A stretch of 32,000 bases of DNA from Moraxella nasicaprae. Lineage in GTDB: Bacteria; Pseudomonadota; Gammaproteobacteria; Pseudomonadales; Moraxellaceae. Where the stretch lies: positions 1,380,001 to 1,412,000 of the forward strand of contig NZ_CP089977.1 in assembly GCF_025643275.1 (NCBI RefSeq), given 5' to 3'. Positions 27,296 through 32,000 of this stretch are shown here, one piece after another. The notes under the pieces are model-generated. The model did not search any database. It saw only the letters and a list, made by a program, of their open reading frames with translations, and was not told the DNA's origin. The stretch's first letter is position 1; every line of letters starts with the position of its first letter. The position numbers and the translations under genes were made by a program.

Positions 27296-27432
27296 GCCAA
27301 ATTTCCTTGGTAAATGATGGTGCAAGTGCCAAAGGTTGGCAGAGCAGGCACTCAATAAGAGGACTGCCTAATTTAACAAAAAAAACAGGATTTTCCAATG
27401 TTATTTTGTAATTTTGGTAAAAAATCGTGAAT

Positions 27433-28242
27433 TTATAGCCGTTTTATGTAACTTTTGAGTGTTTGTGTGGTGTCTAGACAAATCCATCGAAAGCCAGATG
27501 TTTGAGCATCAAGACAAAATGTGTCAGAAAATGGCAAAAATTGTCGAGCTGTCGCAGGGCAGGTCAGCACGGTACAGGGGTGGCGTGTGGGAGCGGTTAG
27601 GGTGTGGGCTTGATGAGCGTGCCCACAGATGATGTGCTGTGCATGAGGGTGTTGGTCGATGACTTGCCAAAACTCATGAGCATTATCTAACATCAAGGCA
27701 TCAATCCAAGCCGACCCAACGGCAACGGGGTGATGGTGCAGTACAATGATTGCAGGTGCGTGCTGATTTGCCAAAGTTCTATCCAGCCAAGCAAGAGCTT
27801 GTGCGTCCAAATGCCCATGTTCTTGCCCCAATACCGATGAATCTAGTAATAAAATTTGCCAATAAGGTGTTGTATCGCCAATGAGTAGCTGCTGACAATG
27901 ACGCAAGCGGTCATCAGCCGTGATTGGCAAGTGCCATCGCTGTTCAAACGGTAAATGCACGCCAATCTCATGTGTCACATCATGATTGCCTGCAATGGCA
28001 AAAAAGGGTATGTTTGTTTGGTGTAATTGCCCAAATAGCCAGTCGTAGATGGTGCTATTGCCATCATTCACCAAATCGCCTGTCAGGAGTATTAAATCTG
28101 GCTGACTGGCAAGAGCAAGTGCCAACACCGCTTGAAAATTTTGGACGGTTGGGTTATCAAAGGCGGTGTCGGTTAAGTGCAAATCGCTGATTTGAGCGAT
28201 GTGGAAGGTAGAGGAGCGATGGGGAATGATAATGGGTTTCAT
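27433..28242 (-). CDS. cpdA: Class III 3',5'-cyclic-nucleotide phosphodiesterase (CpdA-like metallophosphoesterase)
   Basis: Signature series ISDLHL, GDLVNDG, GNHD, LHHHP and CGHAHQ, plus WQILLLDS, which I recall from E. coli CpdA. The start overlaps the znuB stop as ATGA. Confidence 0.7.
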   Translation of the reverse strand: MKPIIIPHRSSTFHIAQISDLHLTDTAFDNPTVQNFQAVLALALASQPDLILLTGDLVNDGNSTIYDWLFGQLHQTNIPFFAIAGNHDVTHEIGVHLPFEQRWHLPITADDRLRHCQQLLIGDTTPYWQILLLDSSVLGQEHGHLDAQALAWLDRTLANQHAPAIIVLHHHPVAVGSAWIDALMLDNAHEFWQVIDQHPHAQHIICGHAHQAHTLTAPTRHPCTVLTCPATARQFLPFSDTFCLDAQTSGFRWICLDTTQTLKSYIKRL

Positions 28243-29036
28243 CGCATACCCAGCTTATTGATGATGAATAAGCCAAAAAACCCCAATGCCAGCACCAGTA
28301 CGATGGCAAGCCCTGACTGAATGTCCAGCCAGACACTACCCCAAATGCCAAGTGTGACGGCGATTTGGGCAAAGATGACGGATAAAACCACCATCATCGT
28401 TGGCGAGCGAGCCAGCAATCTGGCGATTAAGGCGGGCAAAATCAGCAGTCCGCTGATGAGTAAACTACCAACCGCCTGCAAGGCAACAGCACAAAATCCA
28501 GCCAGCAGTCCCATAAAGAATACATACTGCTTGGTTGGGTTGATGCCTTGAATTTGTGCTAGGGCTTCTGAGGTGGCAAGTTTGACCTGTGCTGACCAAA
28601 TCCATCTAAGAAATAAAAGCCCAAGCAGCACTAGGCTGGCAAGTCGTGGCAAATCCGCCCAGTCAATATCTAATAGATTGCCAAACAAAAACCCCAAGAC
28701 ATTGGCTTGTTGCTGAGTCAGTTGGGTTAGGGTTAATAAGCCTAAACACAGTAGTGTTGCCGCCAATACTGCCAAGGAGGCATCATTTGGCAGTCGGCTG
28801 TCTTTTAGGAAGGTTAATACAATCACGACCAGCAAACTGATGATGGCAATGCCTAAATCAGCAGGCAGGTTGAGCCAAACTGCCAACGCCACTCCCAGCA
28901 ATGCACCATGAGCCAGCGTATCTGAAAAAAACGCCATACGACGCCACAGCACCAAACAGCCTAGCGGTGCAGATAGTAGAGCCAAGATTGAACCTGCAAT
29001 CCAAGCAGGGGCGATGATGGGAAGCCATTCGTTCAT
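28239..29036 (-). CDS. znuB: Zinc ABC transporter permease
   Basis: 265-aa polytopic protein of the ABC-3 (ZnuB/MntB) type. Its position between znuC and zur on one side and the divergent znuA fits this call. Confidence 0.85.
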   Translation of the reverse strand: MNEWLPIIAPAWIAGSILALLSAPLGCLVLWRRMAFFSDTLAHGALLGVALAVWLNLPADLGIAIISLLVVIVLTFLKDSRLPNDASLAVLAATLLCLGLLTLTQLTQQQANVLGFLFGNLLDIDWADLPRLASLVLLGLLFLRWIWSAQVKLATSEALAQIQGINPTKQYVFFMGLLAGFCAVALQAVGSLLISGLLILPALIARLLARSPTMMVVLSVIFAQIAVTLGIWGSVWLDIQSGLAIVLVLALGFFGLFIINKLGMR

Positions 29037-29770
29037 AATGAGTGATTTGGATGATGTTCACAATGTGTGTGCTGATGAATGTAGGGTGCTTGATAGCCAA
29101 ATAATTGGATAAATTCAGGTGCTTCGGTAATTTGGCTTGGCACACCTTGACAGCAGATGTGTTTATTAAGACAAATCACTCTGCGAGAACCTTTGAGTAC
29201 CCAATGCAAATCGTGTGAAACCACCAACATGGCACATTGCAAAAAATCAGGCATTTGGTCAATGAATTGATACAGCCATGCCTCGCTTTCTGGGTCAAGT
29301 CCTTGCATTGGCTCATCCAAAATCAGCAAATCTGGCTTATCCAGCAAAGCTCTTGCCAGTAGAACCCGCTGTGTTTCGCCACCAGACAGATGGTGAATTT
29401 GACGGGTTAGCAGGGACGTGATGTTGAGTTGTTGATACACATGGTCTGTTTGCGGTGCATTTAGGCGTTTTTTGTCAGCCTGAGCAAGCAAATCTTGCAC
29501 TCGTAACGGCAGTACATTTGGTACGCTAAATCGCTGCGGGACATAGCTGATGGCTTGACTTTGTTTGTGAATTTGCCCTGCGGTTGGCTGGATTAAACCC
29601 AAGATGATTTTTACCAAAGTGGATTTACCAGCTCCATTAGGGCCAATCAAGCTAATCATCTCGTTTGGCAGGATTTGTAAATTGATGTGGTGCAACAAAT
29701 CCCGACCATCAATACGATAGCCGATGTCATGTAGTTCAATCAACGCTTGATTAGTGTGCTTGGCAGTCAC
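29033..29770 (-). CDS. znuC: Zinc ABC transporter ATP-binding protein
   Basis: Walker A GPNGAGKST, signature LSGGETQRV, Walker B LLILDEP, and a His-rich C-terminal tail. It uses a GTG start that overlaps zur by 20 nt. Confidence 0.88.
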   Translation of the reverse strand: MTAKHTNQALIELHDIGYRIDGRDLLHHINLQILPNEMISLIGPNGAGKSTLVKIILGLIQPTAGQIHKQSQAISYVPQRFSVPNVLPLRVQDLLAQADKKRLNAPQTDHVYQQLNITSLLTRQIHHLSGGETQRVLLARALLDKPDLLILDEPMQGLDPESEAWLYQFIDQMPDFLQCAMLVVSHDLHWVLKGSRRVICLNKHICCQGVPSQITEAPEFIQLFGYQAPYIHQHTHCEHHPNHSL

Positions 29771-30266
29771 GGCAAATGCCTTTTAGCTCAATGACGGTGC
29801 GTTCAACGGCAAAGCTGGCATCATTGGTGGCAAAGTCTAGGATAGATTGCACGGGTGGATTGCTGCATTCTTCGACCTTTTGGCAACGATTGCAAATCAA
29901 AAATGCCGCAGCGTGCTGTGAGCGTGGGTGACAGCATGGCACATAGGCATTGATGGAGCTTAGCTGATGAATCAAGCCCTCGTCCAATAAAAATTCTAGC
30001 GAGCGATAAACAGTTGGTGGTGCGATATTTTTGCCAGATTTGATGGGGTCATCTTGGCGTTTGACTTGCAAGGCACTGATTAAATCGTACGCACCCATTG
30101 GTCTGTCGGCCTCCAAAATCAGCTCAAAAACCTGTTCACGAAGTGGTGTGAAACGCACGCCTCGTTCTAGACAGTGTGCTTTGGCTTCTGCCATACGAGT
30201 GGCTGGATTGTGGTCGTGTTCGTGATACACATTGTGATGATGGCAATGATGGGTATGTTGATTCAT
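29751..30266 (-). CDS. zur: Zinc uptake regulator (Fur family)
   Basis: Fur-type winged helix plus the Cys motifs CHP...CNRC and CRDC. It is the first gene of the znuCB operon, divergent from znuA. The start is taken at ATG 30266 (MNQHTHH...). Confidence 0.8.
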   Translation of the reverse strand: MNQHTHHCHHHNVYHEHDHNPATRMAEAKAHCLERGVRFTPLREQVFELILEADRPMGAYDLISALQVKRQDDPIKSGKNIAPPTVYRSLEFLLDEGLIHQLSSINAYVPCCHPRSQHAAAFLICNRCQKVEECSNPPVQSILDFATNDASFAVERTVIELKGICRDCQAH

Positions 30267-30299
30267 AAGTATGCCCAATTTTGATAAAAAAGATAAAAT

Positions 30300-30324
30300 A
30301 TATAACAGTAAGTTATATTATAGC
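30300..30324. promoter_or_regulatory. Candidate Zur operator in front of zur-znuCB
   Basis: ATATAAC-agtaa-GTTATAT (30300-30318) is a 7-5-7 inverted repeat. It overlaps GTTATA-t-TATAGC (30312-30324), which is one mismatch from the GTTATA-N-TATAAC core of gammaproteobacterial Zur boxes. It lies 34-58 nt upstream of the zur ATG. Confidence 0.5.
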
Positions 30325-30427
30325 CAAGATGCTCATATTTTTCTATCAATGAAAATTCTCTTTTGCCCATCAATTCGTAGCAAAATTGTAATAAAAAATA
30401 GTCATTCTCAAAAACTATCGTTAAATA

Positions 30428-30463
30428 ATACATTGTATCATATTTTATAAATTATGCTATAAT
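30428..30463 (+). promoter_or_regulatory. Candidate znuA promoter with a palindrome at the -35 position
   Basis: Extended -10 TGcTATAAT (30455-30463). An 11-bp perfect palindrome ATACA-T-TGTAT (30428-30438) occupies the -35 region. Confidence 0.4.
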
Positions 30464-30501
30464 GATTTTTCTTATTTGATTTTTAATATAGTTTGAGGGT
30501 G

Positions 30502-31350
30502 ATGACCGTGATTAAAAAATTAGCCATACTTGCATTGGCGGTGGGTGTTTCTTTGATGCAGGTGGCGACAGCGGGCGTGGTTAGCGTCAGTAATTATCCG
30601 TTGGCACTATTAAGTAATGCAGTCACCAAAGGTAATCACGATGCCAAAATATTGCTGGAAGCTGGTGATGTTGGGCATCATGGCTCCTTGTCGCCCAGTA
30701 AAGTCAAGCTGATTGAAGAGAGTGATTTTGTGGTGTGGTTTGGTCAGGATTTGGAACAAAATTTGGTCAAAACTTTGGCTGACGCACCCAATGATATTGC
30801 CTTACTTGACTTTGACGCTTTTCGCCGTTTGCCTCTAAGAAATTTAGATGGAACGGCAAAAGCAGACAGCCAAGATGTGCATTTGTGGCTAGATCCACAA
30901 AACGCCAAAGCCATCGTGCGAGCGTTGGCGGTCATTCATGGACATGCCAATCCAGAATATCGTGAGCAATATGCCAATAATGCCCAAGAGTTTGCCAAAC
31001 GACTGGACGAAGTTGTGGCGACTTTTGACCAGCAGCAGTCCTTGCCGTATTGGGCGTATCATGACTCTTTTCAATATATCGAGCAGGCAATCGGGCTAAA
31101 ATTTGCAGGAGCATTAACGCCTGACCATCATCTTGCACCAAAAGCAAGCCAATTTCGCCTTCTTAATGAACATCGTCCAGCCAAACAGATGTGCTTAGCC
31201 TCACAAAATGATGTCTCAGACGGCATAAAAAACAAGCTTGGCAATGTCAAAACCAGCATTCATCAAGAAGACATGAGCGATGGCGAAGAAGATTTTGTGG
31301 CAGCATGGCAGGCGTTGGCAAACAGCCTTGTTGCTTGTGCTAAGCCGTGA
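30502..31350 (+). CDS. znuA: Periplasmic zinc-binding protein of the ZnuABC transporter
   Basis: Signal peptide ...KKLAILALAVGVSLMQVATA. Cluster A-I SBP ligand blocks GHHGSLSP, DVHLWLDP and YHDSFQY. The start is ambiguous: TTG 30493, ATG 30502, or GTG 30508, which has the best spacing to GAGGG. Confidence 0.85.
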   Translation: MTVIKKLAILALAVGVSLMQVATAGVVSVSNYPLALLSNAVTKGNHDAKILLEAGDVGHHGSLSPSKVKLIEESDFVVWFGQDLEQNLVKTLADAPNDIALLDFDAFRRLPLRNLDGTAKADSQDVHLWLDPQNAKAIVRALAVIHGHANPEYREQYANNAQEFAKRLDEVVATFDQQQSLPYWAYHDSFQYIEQAIGLKFAGALTPDHHLAPKASQFRLLNEHRPAKQMCLASQNDVSDGIKNKLGNVKTSIHQEDMSDGEEDFVAAWQALANSLVACAKP

Positions 31351-31366
31351 TTCTCATCGCAAATGA

Positions 31367-31395
31367 TTGCTCAGGCTGGCATAAAATGCTAGAAT
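31367..31395 (+). promoter_or_regulatory. Candidate promoter of atpI
   Basis: TTGCTC (31367-31372), 17-nt spacer including the TG of the extended -10, and TGcTAGAAT (31387-31395). The -10 ends 34 nt upstream of ATG 31429. Confidence 0.45.
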
Positions 31396-31428
31396 CTGCC
31401 CAATTTTTTTATCATCAAAAATACAACA

Positions 31429-31836
31429 ATGAGACCTGCTAAGCCCAATCAAAAGCACTTAGTCCAACAAGCCCAAAAGCAGCAACGATGGCTGGCCTTG
31501 GGCGTGCTGGCGGTCGTGTTTGTGCTGGACATCATCTGGTGGCATGAAGAGCGTGGTTTGGTCACCAAAGGCATGGCGTTGGGCATGGGATTGGCTTATT
31601 TGGCTCATCATATTTTTACTTGGTTCGCTTATAAAGATACCAGTATCAGACATCGTGAGCAGATTGTTCATAATTTATATTTAGGACAGATGCTAAAATG
31701 GGCGGTGTCTTTGCTGGGTTTTGCGGTTATTTTTTGGCAGTTTCGCACTGATGCTGTTTGGGCGGTCATCGTTGGCTATTTTGTCATGCAATTACTACAA
31801 GCAATGGCATTTTTATTGGTCAAAAATAAAATTTAA
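31429..31836 (+). CDS. atpI: Small four-helix membrane protein, probably ATP synthase protein I
   Basis: 135 aa: a basic N-terminus, then hydrophobic helices, ending LLVKNKI (E. coli AtpI ends ...INNKG as I recall). It has no SD, as is usual for atpI. My recollection is that znuA-atpI synteny also occurs in Acinetobacter; this is unverified. Confidence 0.5.
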   Translation: MRPAKPNQKHLVQQAQKQQRWLALGVLAVVFVLDIIWWHEERGLVTKGMALGMGLAYLAHHIFTWFAYKDTSIRHREQIVHNLYLGQMLKWAVSLLGFAVIFWQFRTDAVWAVIVGYFVMQLLQAMAFLLVKNKI

Positions 31837-32000
31837 TCAATACCAATGATTGAAAAAGTTCATCAATGATTTATGGCAATTTGCATGATAAATCGCCAAT
31901 TTATGAAAAAATATCATCAATTTAAGAAATCTTAGTTATAAATTTTGCTTTTTTCTCTTTACATATAGCCAACATTACAGTAAGATATTGCTAGTTACAA

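Noticed and set aside
31837-32000. Replication origin near the atp operon (by analogy with E. coli oriC/gid/atp)
   Set aside because: No TTATCCACA-type DnaA boxes or 13-mer AT-rich repeats are visible in this stretch, and the upstream neighbour is znuA rather than gid/mnmG.

Overview
This window reads as ordinary core chromosome of a Moraxellaceae-type gammaproteobacterium (Moraxella/Psychrobacter/Acinetobacter-like). That assignment is inferred from pyrB plus an inactive pyrC', zur-znuCB/znuA next to atpI, and an isolated murD-ftsW pair; I cannot verify it here. I call 32 protein genes: prc (5' truncated), an EamA transporter, etfBA, fbp, pyrB/pyrC', gph, comM, rapA, a 2-hydroxyacid dehydrogenase, ispA, mutY, a secreted nuclease, glnB, murD-ftsW, dksA-gluQ, cpdA, zur-znuCB, znuA, atpI and a few unknowns. 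There are also two identical tRNA-Phe(GAA) genes in inverted orientation 17.2 kb apart, about ten intrinsic terminators, and a recurring set of extended -10 (TGnTAnnnT) promoters. I saw no transposase, integrase, phage gene, CRISPR array or recognisable defence gene. I do not find a convincing multi-gene novel system, and the region is mostly housekeeping. The leads worth a second look are listed here. (1) A secreted DRGH non-specific nuclease is followed 13 nt later by an unrecognisable acidic 79-aa ORF, a possible new inhibitor/immunity partner. (2) Two strongly AT-rich genes are wedged inside otherwise conserved operons: a 202-aa orphan between fbp and a TrmH-family gene, and a secreted Sel1-repeat protein between pyrB and pyrC'. 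(3) A class III cyclic-nucleotide phosphodiesterase is translationally coupled to the end of zur-znuC-znuB, with His-rich tails on Zur and ZnuC. (4) Several small cis features stand out: a 14-bp perfect inverted repeat in front of comM, dksA and gluQ in one reading frame separated by a single UGA, a pyrBI-like AATTTG-T7 initially transcribed region, and candidate Zur operators. All functional calls rest on motifs read by eye from the supplied translations. No database search was possible.
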